NCBI GenBank assembly: GCA_963765145.1
Contig: CAVXVG010000005.1
Span: forward strand, 4,007 to 68,006
Direction: 5' to 3'
Source: Parachlamydiales bacterium
GTDB taxonomy: Bacteria > Chlamydiota > Chlamydiia > Chlamydiales > JAJFMK01
DNA length: 64,000 nucleotides
Position numbers and translations under genes: made by a program. Shown in pieces: positions 25,921 through 35,375 of the stretch. The notes under the pieces are model-generated. The model did no database searches, had not been told where the DNA came from, and worked only from the letters and a program-made list of their open reading frames with translations. Positions within the stretch are counted from its first letter, which is position 1. Each line of letters starts with the position of its first letter.

Positions 25921-28479
25921 ATGTTCGATAAATTCACCAACCGCGCAAAACAGGTCATTAAATTAGCTAAGAAAGAGGCGCAAAGACTGAACCACAACTA
26001 TTTGGGCACCGAACATGTCCTTTTAGGGCTCCTAAAATTAGGGCAAGGGGTTGCAGTTAATGTCCTCCGGACGTTGAACATCGATTATGAAGCCATACGC
26101 GCTGAAGTCGAAAAAGTCGTTGGCTTTGGCCCTGAAGTACAGGTGTTTGGCGATCCTGCGCTCACCGGTAAAGTTAAAAAAGTTTTCGAATATGCAAATG
26201 AAGAAGCTGCCAACTTAAACCACAACTATGTGGGCACCGAGCACCTTCTTTTAGGGTTGCTACGGCAAACTGAAGGCGTTGCAGCTCAAGTGCTTGAAAA
26301 CCTCAACGTCAATCTGAAAGACGTTCGAAAAGAGGTGTTGAAAGAGCTTGAAAACTTTAACCTCCAATTGCCTCCGCTCGGCAGTTCCGGCACGCCTCCG
26401 CCTCCTTCCTCCAGCCGCCCTTATGAAAAAGGGGCCACAGCGGCAAATAATGATAAAATGCCGGCGCTAAAAGCCTATGGCTATGATCTGACCGAAAAAG
26501 CCCGTGAAGGGAAGATGGATCCTGTCATCGGCCGAAAAGACGAGGTCGAAAGGCTTATCCTTATTTTATGCCGTCGCCGTAAAAACAACCCTGTATTGAT
26601 TGGTGAAGCAGGCGTTGGTAAGACAGCGATTGTCGAGGGGCTTGCACAAGCGATTGTCAGGGGAGATGTGCCTGATAACCTGCGCAAAAAGAAGCTGATT
26701 AGCCTTGACTTGGCTTTGATGATTGCAGGTACTAAGTACCGCGGGCAATTTGAAGAGCGGATCAAAGCTGTCATGGATGAGATCAAGAAAAATGGAAACA
26801 TTTTGCTGTTCATCGACGAGCTCCATACGATTGTTGGGGCAGGTGCAGCTGAAGGAGCCATTGATGCATCCAACATTTTAAAACCGGCCCTCTCTCGCGG
26901 CGAGCTGCAGTGTATTGGTGCGACAACAGTTGATGAATATCGCAAACACATCGAAAAAGATGCTGCCCTAGAAAGACGTTTCCAGAAAATATTCGTTCAG
27001 CCGCCGACGGTCGATGACACCATCATGATTCTGAATGGCTTGAAGCAAAAGTATGAAGAGCACCACAAGTGTATCTACACACCGCAAGCAATCGATGCTG
27101 CTGCAATGCTGTCTGACCGTTATGTCCATGGCCGCTTTCTACCCGATAAGGCGATCGACCTACTTGATGAAGCCGGTGCAAAAATGAGGATCTCGATGAT
27201 GAACCAGCCTCAAGACATCAGCAATTTTGAAAAAGAGATCGAAGAGGTCCGGGTTGCTAAAGAAGAATCGATCAGTAAGCAGGAATATGAAAAAGCTGCC
27301 AACTTGCGCGATCGGGAAAAGAATCTCCGAGAAGACCTTCAACGAGTTAAATCGCAGTGGGAAAGCAATAAAGAAGAACATGAAGTGATCGTTGAGGAAG
27401 AAGATGTCGCCATGGTCGTAGCTCGACAAACCGGCATCCCGATCCACCGCTTGACCGAAGAAGAGACCCAAAAGGTTCTCAAAATGGAAGAGGAGCTGAA
27501 AGGGACTATCATTGGTCAAGAAGATGCGATCAAACAGGTCTGCCGAGCTATCCGTAGAAGCCGTGCCGACATCAAAGATCCGAACCGGCCGATCGGTGCC
27601 TTCCTATTCTTAGGTCCTACAGGTGTTGGTAAAACCCTGCTTGCAAGACTTTTAGCCATCCAATTATTTGGTGGGGAAGATGCCTTGATACAAGTTGACA
27701 TGTCTGAGTACATGGAAAAATTTGCCGTCAGCCGTATGACAGGTTCCCCTCCGGGCTATGTTGGGCATGAAGAGGGTGGTCAGCTGACCGAACAGGTGAG
27801 ACAACGCCCCTATTCTGTTGTCCTTTTTGACGAAATCGAAAAGGCCCACCCAGATGTGATGGATATTTTACTGCAAATTTTGGAAGAAGGGCGTTTAACA
27901 GACTCTTTCGGACGAAAAATCGACTTCCGCAATACCATCATTATCATGACATCGAACGCCGGTGCCGACTTGATTAGGCGCACCACAGAGATGGGCTTTG
28001 GAGCAAAAGAAGAAACACTTGAGTACGAGGCAATTAAAGAAAAAATCGAGCGTGAGGTGAAAAAACGGTTTAAACCAGAGTTTTTGAACCGTCTCAATGG
28101 CGCTGTCATTTTCCACCCATTGACCAAAGAGCACTTGAAGAAAGTTATCCGGTTAGAAATCGAGAAGCTGCATAAGCGATTAAAAGCTCGCCAAGTCACT
28201 TTGGATCTAGACGAAAAGGCTTTAGATTTCTTAGTGGACAAAGGGTACCAACCTGAAATGGGGGCAAGACCTATCCGAAGAACTGTTGAAGAGTATCTTG
28301 AAGATCCATTAGCAGAAAAACTGTTGTTGAACCCAAATGAAGGGCGCCGCTGTTTGGTCACTGTTGAAGGAGATGCTATCAAAATCATCGATGAAGAGGT
28401 GTTTCCTTTGATCAATCAAAAAGGGAAAAAAGTAAAAGCTCCTCTTCCGGTTCAAGTGTCTCAAGAAAATCCTCAATGA
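25921..28479 (+). CDS. clpC: ATP-dependent Clp protease ATP-binding subunit ClpC
   Basis: Duplicated Clp_N repeats and two AAA+ modules ([18 protein letters not shown]). UVR-like linker [18 protein letters not shown]. 852 aa. Confidence 0.95.
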   Translation: MFDKFTNRAKQVIKLAKKEAQRLNHNYLGTEHVLLGLLKLGQGVAVNVLRTLNIDYEAIRAEVEKVVGFGPEVQVFGDPALTGKVKKVFEYANEEAANLNHNYVGTEHLLLGLLRQTEGVAAQVLENLNVNLKDVRKEVLKELENFNLQLPPLGSSGTPPPPSSSRPYEKGATAANNDKMPALKAYGYDLTEKAREGKMDPVIGRKDEVERLILILCRRRKNNPVLIGEAGVGKTAIVEGLAQAIVRGDVPDNLRKKKLISLDLALMIAGTKYRGQFEERIKAVMDEIKKNGNILLFIDELHTIVGAGAAEGAIDASNILKPALSRGELQCIGATTVDEYRKHIEKDAALERRFQKIFVQPPTVDDTIMILNGLKQKYEEHHKCIYTPQAIDAAAMLSDRYVHGRFLPDKAIDLLDEAGAKMRISMMNQPQDISNFEKEIEEVRVAKEESISKQEYEKAANLRDREKNLREDLQRVKSQWESNKEEHEVIVEEEDVAMVVARQTGIPIHRLTEEETQKVLKMEEELKGTIIGQEDAIKQVCRAIRRSRADIKDPNRPIGAFLFLGPTGVGKTLLARLLAIQLFGGEDALIQVDMSEYMEKFAVSRMTGSPPGYVGHEEGGQLTEQVRQRPYSVVLFDEIEKAHPDVMDILLQILEEGRLTDSFGRKIDFRNTIIIMTSNAGADLIRRTTEMGFGAKEETLEYEAIKEKIEREVKKRFKPEFLNRLNGAVIFHPLTKEHLKKVIRLEIEKLHKRLKARQVTLDLDEKALDFLVDKGYQPEMGARPIRRTVEEYLEDPLAEKLLLNPNEGRRCLVTVEGDAIKIIDEEVFPLINQKGKKVKAPLPVQVSQENPQ

Positions 28480-29045
28480 CGTTTTATCAAATTAGATCAG
28501 ATCCTCCTGAAGTGCAGGTGGATCTGATCTATGCAACGGCTGAGAATTTCACCGGAAAAACACTTTACGATGCCCCTATTTTTGCCTTGATTGGCGAGAC
28601 GATTGAGGCCCTTAAAAAAGCTAAACAGCAATTGGCAGCTATGGGTTTTGGTCTATTGCTGTGGGATGGTTACCGCCCTTTTGCCACTCAGGTTATGATG
28701 TGGGACATGGTACAAAATGAACGGTATGTGTCTGATCCGCACAAAACAGGAGGACGACATACAAGGGGCACCGCTGTCGATTTGACGTTGACCGATCGAT
28801 CGGGGCACCCTTTACAGATGCCGACCCGTTTCGACGATTTTACGGACAAGGCTTCGTATGCTTATCAAGATTTGCCCGAAGAGGTTTTGGCCAGGCGCAC
28901 GTTGCTAAAAAGTGTCATGGAAGCTTGTGGGTTTGTTGCATTCCACACTGAGTGGTGGCATTTCGATTTGCAGGGTTGGGAAGGGTTCCCCCCGCAACAT
29001 GTCCCGTTAAGCACCCTTCAGAACGCCCCTCTAGTAAAGCTTTAA
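28476..29045 (+). CDS. ddpX: D-alanyl-D-alanine dipeptidase (VanX/DdpX family)
   Basis: [22 protein letters not shown] and EWWHFDL match the VanX zinc-ligand motifs. 4-nt overlap with the clpC stop. Confidence 0.85.
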   Translation: MTFYQIRSDPPEVQVDLIYATAENFTGKTLYDAPIFALIGETIEALKKAKQQLAAMGFGLLLWDGYRPFATQVMMWDMVQNERYVSDPHKTGGRHTRGTAVDLTLTDRSGHPLQMPTRFDDFTDKASYAYQDLPEEVLARRTLLKSVMEACGFVAFHTEWWHFDLQGWEGFPPQHVPLSTLQNAPLVKL

Positions 29046-29048
29046 CAA

Positions 29049-29471
29049 CGCAACGCGTTTGGAGTGCTAAACGGCCTTGTTGCATAATTCAATTTCTAAT
29101 TAAAAAATGTAGCTCCAGGCTTTAGAAGTACTTGCAAAAATCGGATTGTTGGCTTTTTTTTAGAAACAGGTCCGAAGACCGAAATATGAAAGCCCAGCGC
29201 CGAAGGCCTGGGTTACAAATGTGAAATAAAATTGGAGTCCTGAAAGGACGGCATAAAATATCTCCTGTAGTGTTTGTGGAACAGGATATGTCGTCCCTTC
29301 AGGACTCCAATTTCTATTGGCATACTTACCCTGGCCTTCGACCAGGGCTTTCATATTTCGGCCCTTCGGGCCTGTTTCTGAGCTTAATCTGATTTTTGCA
29401 AGTGCCTCTAAAGTCTAAGCTACAATATTTGTCCAAATTAAGATTAATTATGCGCTCCAAACGCTAGCGCG
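29049..29471. repeat. Family G palindrome split by a nested family E element
   Basis: Reads cgcaacgcgtttggagtgc...ttgttgcataatt [E] aattatgcgctccaaacgctagcgcg. Confidence 0.8.
29108..29424. mobile_element. MITE-like 317-bp palindromic element, family E, copy 1
   Basis: Terminal inverted repeats tgtagct..ctttagaagtacttgcaaaaatc.gatt / aatc.gatttttgcaagt.cctctaaag.ctaagctaca, with long internal symmetry. No credible coding capacity. Confidence 0.85.
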
Positions 29472-31599
29472 AGGCAGGTAGTTTTGCTGTTTGTAGAGGG
29501 AGGGTGACGGTGAAGGTGGAGCCGAGGTCGGGGGTGCTGGTGAAGGTGATGGTGCCATCCATCATTTCGACGATGGCGCGGGTAATGTAAAGGCCAAGCC
29601 CAGATCCTGGCACGTTTCCACGCCTGATCGGCGAGAATTTTTCAAAGAGATGTTGCTGGTCTTCTTTGTTAATACCCACGCCAGTATCTTCCACCTCGAG
29701 CGATAACACCCCTTTTTCTAAGGCTTCGGTATATCCGATGGTAACTAAAACAGACCCTTTATTTGTAAATTTGATCGCATTTCCCACCAGGTTATTAAAG
29801 ATCTGCCGCAATCTTGTTGGGTCGATATAGAGCTGTTCCGGAACATTGCAATGCAGTTCAAGCGATATCCCTTTTTCTTTTGCTTTAGGTAAAAGAAGGG
29901 TGATTAAATCGCCCGCGATTTTGTTGACATCTTCGATAGAAGGTTCAAGGGGGATTTTACCTGTTTCCAGTTTGGCTAAATCTAACACCTCATTGACCAC
30001 CTTTAGAAGGTGTTGGCCTGAAGAGCGCATGATGTCCAGCAATCGCAACTGTTTGGCATCTTCTGTGGTATTTTCCAGAATGTCGACTGAGGCAATGATC
30101 CCCGAAAGAGGTGTCCTCAGTTCATGGCTAACTTGGGCAAGAAAAGCCGACCGAGCCAAACTGCGGGCAGCTATCATTCTGCTCTCTTCAAATAACTTGA
30201 GGGCCATGTAGGTCAAAATCGCCACAAAAATCGAAATCAAAGACCCAAAAAGAAAAGCTGTTAAAGGAAAATAGCTTTGTTCGTTTTTAATAAACTGAGA
30301 AGTGGCCCAAAAATCTACCTTCCACTTTGTGTTGAAAATTTTAACAGAATCTTTTGCCTCTAAATACTTATAAGTCACATCATTTTTGTTGTTTTCATAG
30401 ACCTCATGTCCACTAGCAGAAATGGTCAAGCCTGTTTCTTTTTTCCGATATTCGGGCACAAAGTCTGACAAAAGCTCATCGATTGAAATCACTCCGACTT
30501 CATGGTTGTTTTTACGTCCTTTAGGAGTTACATAAATTAAATGGGGGCGATCGGTCGCATGAGAAAAGCGGATTTTGGGCTTTCTTTTGGGCGTCAGCTC
30601 TTTTGCACGCTCTTGGATCTCTCTTTCTATGTCGCCTCTGTTGGTCAAAATAGACCATTTTTTTTGAATGATCTCTCCGGAATCCGACAATTTGACGATG
30701 CCGACTAGCCCCTGTAGGTCGTGTAGGTAACTGATAGCGCTCTTCTTCCATTCGTTTTCTGGCGAAGAGGGTGACTTTTCAAAATTTATCTTCGACAGCC
30801 GATCAAGTGCGCTTGTCACAATTGTCATTTTTTCAACCAGGGCCTTTGTATACTCTTTGGCTAGCGATTCCACCGTTTGATGGATGTAGGAGGCTTGGTG
30901 GAGCGCCAAAGCCCTTGTAAAAGCAATCGTGGTAGAAAAAAGGATCATCCCAACCAGGGCAGCACTCCAAATAGGCAAGATGCTCTTGTCAGTCTCTGCA
31001 AGTTCTTTTGTGGCAGCTGCAAGTTGGAGGAGGGAGGCTATTGAGAGGCCAATAGCCGTTGAAAAGGCCATCCTTGTTAAATCGCCCCAGCTGTAGGCAG
31101 CTTCAATCCCCGAAACATACCCCCAAAAAGCAACCAAAGTGATGGCAAAACAAAGCCCGGCTAGTAGACCAATTAGTAAGAGGTGGAACGTCTTGAGCTT
31201 TTTAAGATTAAAGAGCAGCAGAGAAAAGAAAAGGCAAGTAAAACAAAATAAGGTGTTTAAACCACAATATTCGACCTCCATAAGTTTCGAAGGCTCGAAA
31301 AAAAGCTGGTTTAACCCCCAAGGAAAGTCAAATAGCCTCTGGATGAGTAAAATCAGGGCAAAAAGCCCCCCCATCAAAGCAATAGCTGTCGACGCTTTCT
31401 TTAATCCGAGAATGTAAAAAAGAGCTCCAAACCCTAGAATAACTAAAAGAAGGGCTGAATTGAAATACATGGGGGCAAAGGAGGGGCTCCATTGAACCAG
31501 CCAGACCGCTCCGGTCAGCCATCCTATAATAACGCTTAGCCCCAGTAGGATAACGAAAATTGAACCCCATACTCCCACTTTCCAGATCTTTTCGCCCAT
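29464..31599 (-). CDS. Membrane sensor histidine kinase (no response regulator adjacent)
   Basis: Multi-TM N-terminus. HisKA FLAQVSHELRTPLSGI; HATPase_c NLVGNAIKFT, EDTGVGI, GSGLGLYITR. Confidence 0.88.
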   Translation of the reverse strand: MGEKIWKVGVWGSIFVILLGLSVIIGWLTGAVWLVQWSPSFAPMYFNSALLLVILGFGALFYILGLKKASTAIALMGGLFALILLIQRLFDFPWGLNQLFFEPSKLMEVEYCGLNTLFCFTCLFFSLLLFNLKKLKTFHLLLIGLLAGLCFAITLVAFWGYVSGIEAAYSWGDLTRMAFSTAIGLSIASLLQLAAATKELAETDKSILPIWSAALVGMILFSTTIAFTRALALHQASYIHQTVESLAKEYTKALVEKMTIVTSALDRLSKINFEKSPSSPENEWKKSAISYLHDLQGLVGIVKLSDSGEIIQKKWSILTNRGDIEREIQERAKELTPKRKPKIRFSHATDRPHLIYVTPKGRKNNHEVGVISIDELLSDFVPEYRKKETGLTISASGHEVYENNKNDVTYKYLEAKDSVKIFNTKWKVDFWATSQFIKNEQSYFPLTAFLFGSLISIFVAILTYMALKLFEESRMIAARSLARSAFLAQVSHELRTPLSGIIASVDILENTTEDAKQLRLLDIMRSSGQHLLKVVNEVLDLAKLETGKIPLEPSIEDVNKIAGDLITLLLPKAKEKGISLELHCNVPEQLYIDPTRLRQIFNNLVGNAIKFTNKGSVLVTIGYTEALEKGVLSLEVEDTGVGINKEDQQHLFEKFSPIRRGNVPGSGLGLYITRAIVEMMDGTITFTSTPDLGSTFTVTLPLQTAKLPASR

Positions 31600-31685
31600 G
31601 CTTTTTCTATAAAGCTCTGAAATTTTAAAGAATATTAATAAAGATCGGTTTCAATGGGGTTGACGAAATAAAAGGGGAGCTCCCT

Positions 31686-34600
31686 ATGAGTACAGTTGGC
31701 GGCGGCAATGCAAGCTATGGTGATATTGAGAATTTTTATGGGCAATGGAAGGCCAACTTGTCTACAGATATGAAAGAACAGGCGGCTTTCGCAGCTTTAA
31801 GCGACGATGATAAAACCATTGTTTTATTAGCATTTAAGTCTCTGTCAAAGAGAAACATTGAAGGCAATTTAGGGACTATTAGATCCGATACATCGGAGCC
31901 TGAAACTGATGCCCCTGATAATATCTCCTTACATTCCATTGAGAGTATTGGAACTGATGGTAGCTCTATGTATTCCTACGCAAGTGGTGATAGTAATGAC
32001 AGTGATTATAGTGATGATGATGGCCCTTTTTACAGGTTGCTTTCCTTTGTAGCTGACGATGGAGATGATAGCTCCCTCACCTCAAATGATAGCTCTGTAG
32101 ATTTTGGCCACACAGGCAACATTGTAACGAAGGAAGATTTGGATGGCGTTCTAAGTAAGTTGAAAAGTAATAAGCGTTTAAATTTTGAAAATCGTAAAGA
32201 AGTCTCTCGAGACATCACCAAGGCTGTCGACCAGAGTTACAGAAATATCATGCGGGTTGCAGGACACCTTCCCACAGACAGTGAGAGGAAATATGCAGCT
32301 GGCTATACAGAAGCAAAATTTAAAAGTATTTACAAACAGCGGGCCGCCTTGCAGGAGGCGTTTGAAGGCGATTTTGTAGGTCAGATGATGGAGGGGATTG
32401 ATGTCCCCACTGAAGGTCTACTTTCTTCTAAACCTCTCTATGACAATTTAAAAGCTTGGGCAGAGAAGAACATTAAGAGTGGAGATTTTCAAAAAGCTGC
32501 GCTCAAAATTATTAAAGACTTGAAGGAGCACGAAACCGAATTTACGAAGGGAAAAGTTCAAGATAGTAATTTGCGAAATCAAGTTGAGGTATTTAAGGAT
32601 AGGCTCACCTTGGCTTTTATCGAATTAAACCCGCAACTAACACCAGAAGATATTAAAAAACTAAATCGGTTCGGTTTGAAAGGAACAAGCCAGCAACAGG
32701 TGATACGAGATTGTTTTATCGATTTAGGGAAAGTCTTTATTTGGCCCCTCCAAAAAGCCTTTGAGGTGCTTAAACCGGGTGAAGTGAGGGACGAAGCGGT
32801 ATCTGCCATTCGGTCCGGGTTTATGAAGCTGATTATTGACCCCGATAAAGGAAATCGGTTGATTGCGACCTTTAAGGAGATATTTACCCAGATTACAAAA
32901 GCCCCATTAGAGTCGATGGGGGCAGTGGGTCGTATGAAAGGGCCTTTCGCCGCGATTGCTAATAGGCCTGAAAACGTCGTGTTTCAAGAAATCAATAAGT
33001 TGGAGGCCCAGGTAGTCGAAGAGCGGGCAGAGATAGATAAAGTGATTAATGACGGGCTGACACTGGAAGGAGGCATTCCGGAAGCGCAAAGAGAGACCCT
33101 TTTAGAAAAGATCGCGGTTTACCATGAAAACTGCCAGTTATTGCTGGCTATGATGGAGCTAAAGGAAAGCCTTTTTGTAAAAGGGTACGTTCTTCTTCCC
33201 CACTTGGCAGCTGGTCACGGTAAGGAGATACACGCTCAAGCAAATGTCTTGATGAACCATGTAGCCTTTGCTGTCGATATGAGGGGTGTTCTAGAGCATG
33301 CCGATCAAGTCGCAGTCAGGATGGAAGAAAAAGGGATCAGCGCTCAAAATGCCTACTTATCTTTGGTCAAAGGCACTCCTCCGAAAGAGGGAGAGACCAT
33401 TGAGTTGTCTCAGGAAAGAGTAGAAGTTGAAGCCGAAGCTGCAGAAAAGTTGGAGAGGGCAGGCAATTGGTTGCAGTATGCCCGCTCGAGAGGAGATCTG
33501 TCTGCACCCATTTATTTGGCTGACTTGATTTGTACTTCAGATCGAAAAGCTTGGTCTCCGGAAAATGCCGATCGCACCTTTGCAACAGCGCAGATGTTGT
33601 TAAACGAGTCTTTCAAAGGGGGAGACTATGAACGTCGAGCAGATGCCGAGACAGCGATGAGATCTTTGCTCCGGCTCCGTTTTGAGGCTTCTGTTCGAAA
33701 TGATCGGCCTATGGCGGAGCAGACCTATAATGCCCATGAGCTCATCAAAGGGATGAAGTATGTCAACTCGGTCACCCGCTTCCCAACAACTGCAGCTAGA
33801 GAAACAGCTTTAAGAAATCAGCTGTTAGGTTTGGTTCTATTAGGCTCGCAAGAGGCCGGACAAGTTATTCTCGACCAAATTGACCAGCATGCCAAAAAAG
33901 GGCGTGTAACCGCAGGTGATGTTTTGGTGCTTTCAGAATTGGCAGCCGAGGGGTTTCCCGGCGCAAAAGAGAGGTTGCAAAATGTTACGCAAATGAAATC
34001 CTTTCTGGATAAGGTTGAAAAAGATGCTAAAAAAGAGATACTAACTTCTGAAGCCTTCAGAGCTTTAGCCAGTCTGGCAGCCCACGGAAATGTGAAGGCA
34101 AGATCTGTTCTTGGTGATCTTAATAAGGGAGACTCAGGCTTTCTTGGGGTATTTGGTCGTTCATATCCTCCAACAGAAGATGAAGATTTTTTGGATATGG
34201 CCATTTCCAACTGGGCGATGTCTATTGCCGCCGGGAGCTCATTAACACAAATTCCATCCATGCAATACGACCACGTGAAAGGCTTTAAAGAGTTTTATGA
34301 TCGGTATGCCCTGTCGCCTATCCAAATAGACTTCAACATTCCTCCTTTCAAGGGAGTAGAAGTAGACCTTGAAGCGATATCAGACCGGGCAGCTAAAGGG
34401 AAGCTAACTGAAAAAGATGTCAATAACTTGGTTTTAGCCATTGGCAGCGGAAATCGCGAGGCTATCCTCACCTTAGACGATGCTATCGTCAAGATGGCTG
34501 CTAGGCATAGTGAAATCCAAAAATCCAAAAATCCGAATGAAGTATTGAAATTTGCAAAGTGGGCTTTAGGGCAGGCCAAGAGCCCCGATGGTTTGCAGCG

Positions 34601-35375
34601 TCCTCTTGCAGATCAGGCTGACAATATCAAGGAAAGATACAATAAATTGTTCCCATCAGTGTTCGCGGAACAAATCCCAGCTCAACAGGTTCAACCAGAA
34701 GTTCCATCATCGGAAACGGAAGCTGAAACGATTAGCCAAGGATCGATCGACGATAGTCTTTTGGATTCAGATTTAAACGATTTTGGACCTCCTCAAGCAC
34801 CTATGGAGCCTTTTTCGTTGCAACAGACTCTGATTGCAGCAATTGAACGTGTAAATGAAAAAGTAGAGATAGAGGTAGAGAGCGAGTATGAGGTTGCCCC
34901 AGCTGCAGCTACCGCGTCCCCAGCCGCAACTGTTACTGAAGTTCCTCCCCTGTCAGACACTGAATTTTTGTTTAAAAAAATGAACGAGGGGGGGCAAGTG
35001 GAAAGCGAAGCATTTTTCACTGAGATGGGGCGTCGTTTTGAAAGAGGAGTCGTTTCTTGGGTGGATTTAAAATTCCTAACGAACTCTCTTCTAAGCAGTG
35101 AGAATAAAGTTAAGGCAGATAACCTTTTAAGAATAATTGCAAATGCAAAAACAGAAGGAACCGACGACTACGCAGCCATTGCGAATTTAAACATGGGTGA
35201 AAAATGGGCTGCCGATGTGTTGTTAAATGAAATCAATACATCGCTTAAGCCTCCCTCAGATCCCTTGGGGGAAAACTCATTGTTATCAGGTCAGCCTAAG
35301 GCTATCTCTACCTTCAAGATAAATTGGCAGTTTTGGAAAAAGAGTTCGAAAGGCACACAGGGAGAATCTCTATGA
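31686..35375 (+). CDS. Large hypothetical protein (1229 aa) with acidic Ser/Asp/Tyr-rich N-region and Sel1-like motifs
   Basis: No signal peptide. SYASGDSNDSDYSDDDGPFY tract. AA..G...A...L motifs (LAAEGFPGAKERL, LAAHGNVKARSVLGDL, IGSGNREAILTL). SD-like aggggag upstream. Confidence 0.6.
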   Translation: MSTVGGGNASYGDIENFYGQWKANLSTDMKEQAAFAALSDDDKTIVLLAFKSLSKRNIEGNLGTIRSDTSEPETDAPDNISLHSIESIGTDGSSMYSYASGDSNDSDYSDDDGPFYRLLSFVADDGDDSSLTSNDSSVDFGHTGNIVTKEDLDGVLSKLKSNKRLNFENRKEVSRDITKAVDQSYRNIMRVAGHLPTDSERKYAAGYTEAKFKSIYKQRAALQEAFEGDFVGQMMEGIDVPTEGLLSSKPLYDNLKAWAEKNIKSGDFQKAALKIIKDLKEHETEFTKGKVQDSNLRNQVEVFKDRLTLAFIELNPQLTPEDIKKLNRFGLKGTSQQQVIRDCFIDLGKVFIWPLQKAFEVLKPGEVRDEAVSAIRSGFMKLIIDPDKGNRLIATFKEIFTQITKAPLESMGAVGRMKGPFAAIANRPENVVFQEINKLEAQVVEERAEIDKVINDGLTLEGGIPEAQRETLLEKIAVYHENCQLLLAMMELKESLFVKGYVLLPHLAAGHGKEIHAQANVLMNHVAFAVDMRGVLEHADQVAVRMEEKGISAQNAYLSLVKGTPPKEGETIELSQERVEVEAEAAEKLERAGNWLQYARSRGDLSAPIYLADLICTSDRKAWSPENADRTFATAQMLLNESFKGGDYERRADAETAMRSLLRLRFEASVRNDRPMAEQTYNAHELIKGMKYVNSVTRFPTTAARETALRNQLLGLVLLGSQEAGQVILDQIDQHAKKGRVTAGDVLVLSELAAEGFPGAKERLQNVTQMKSFLDKVEKDAKKEILTSEAFRALASLAAHGNVKARSVLGDLNKGDSGFLGVFGRSYPPTEDEDFLDMAISNWAMSIAAGSSLTQIPSMQYDHVKGFKEFYDRYALSPIQIDFNIPPFKGVEVDLEAISDRAAKGKLTEKDVNNLVLAIGSGNREAILTLDDAIVKMAARHSEIQKSKNPNEVLKFAKWALGQAKSPDGLQRPLADQADNIKERYNKLFPSVFAEQIPAQQVQPEVPSSETEAETISQGSIDDSLLDSDLNDFGPPQAPMEPFSLQQTLIAAIERVNEKVEIEVESEYEVAPAAATASPAATVTEVPPLSDTEFLFKKMNEGGQVESEAFFTEMGRRFERGVVSWVDLKFLTNSLLSSENKVKADNLLRIIANAKTEGTDDYAAIANLNMGEKWAADVLLNEINTSLKPPSDPLGENSLLSGQPKAISTFKINWQFWKKSSKGTQGESL

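Noticed and set aside
26481-28415. Long antisense ORFs inside clpC (26481..26951, 27160..27519, 27810..28415). Similar ones occur inside alaS, mfd, the OMP genes and the giant genes (for example 33818..34261).
   Set aside because: They are fully embedded antisense to strongly supported genes and have low-complexity composition and no motifs. They are typical shadow ORFs.
29160-29354. ORF MKALVEGQGKYANRNWSPEGTTYPVPQ... (64 aa), also present on the opposite strand at 38003-38236.
   Set aside because: It lies entirely inside the palindromic family E element. The same peptide appears only because the two element copies are inverted. There is no start context or known motif, so I treat it as non-coding repeat sequence.
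29464-31599. The histidine kinase as part of a Detocs-like defensive two-component system.
   Set aside because: No receiver-domain gene and no effector with a receiver domain is adjacent. The kinase looks like a conventional membrane sensor.
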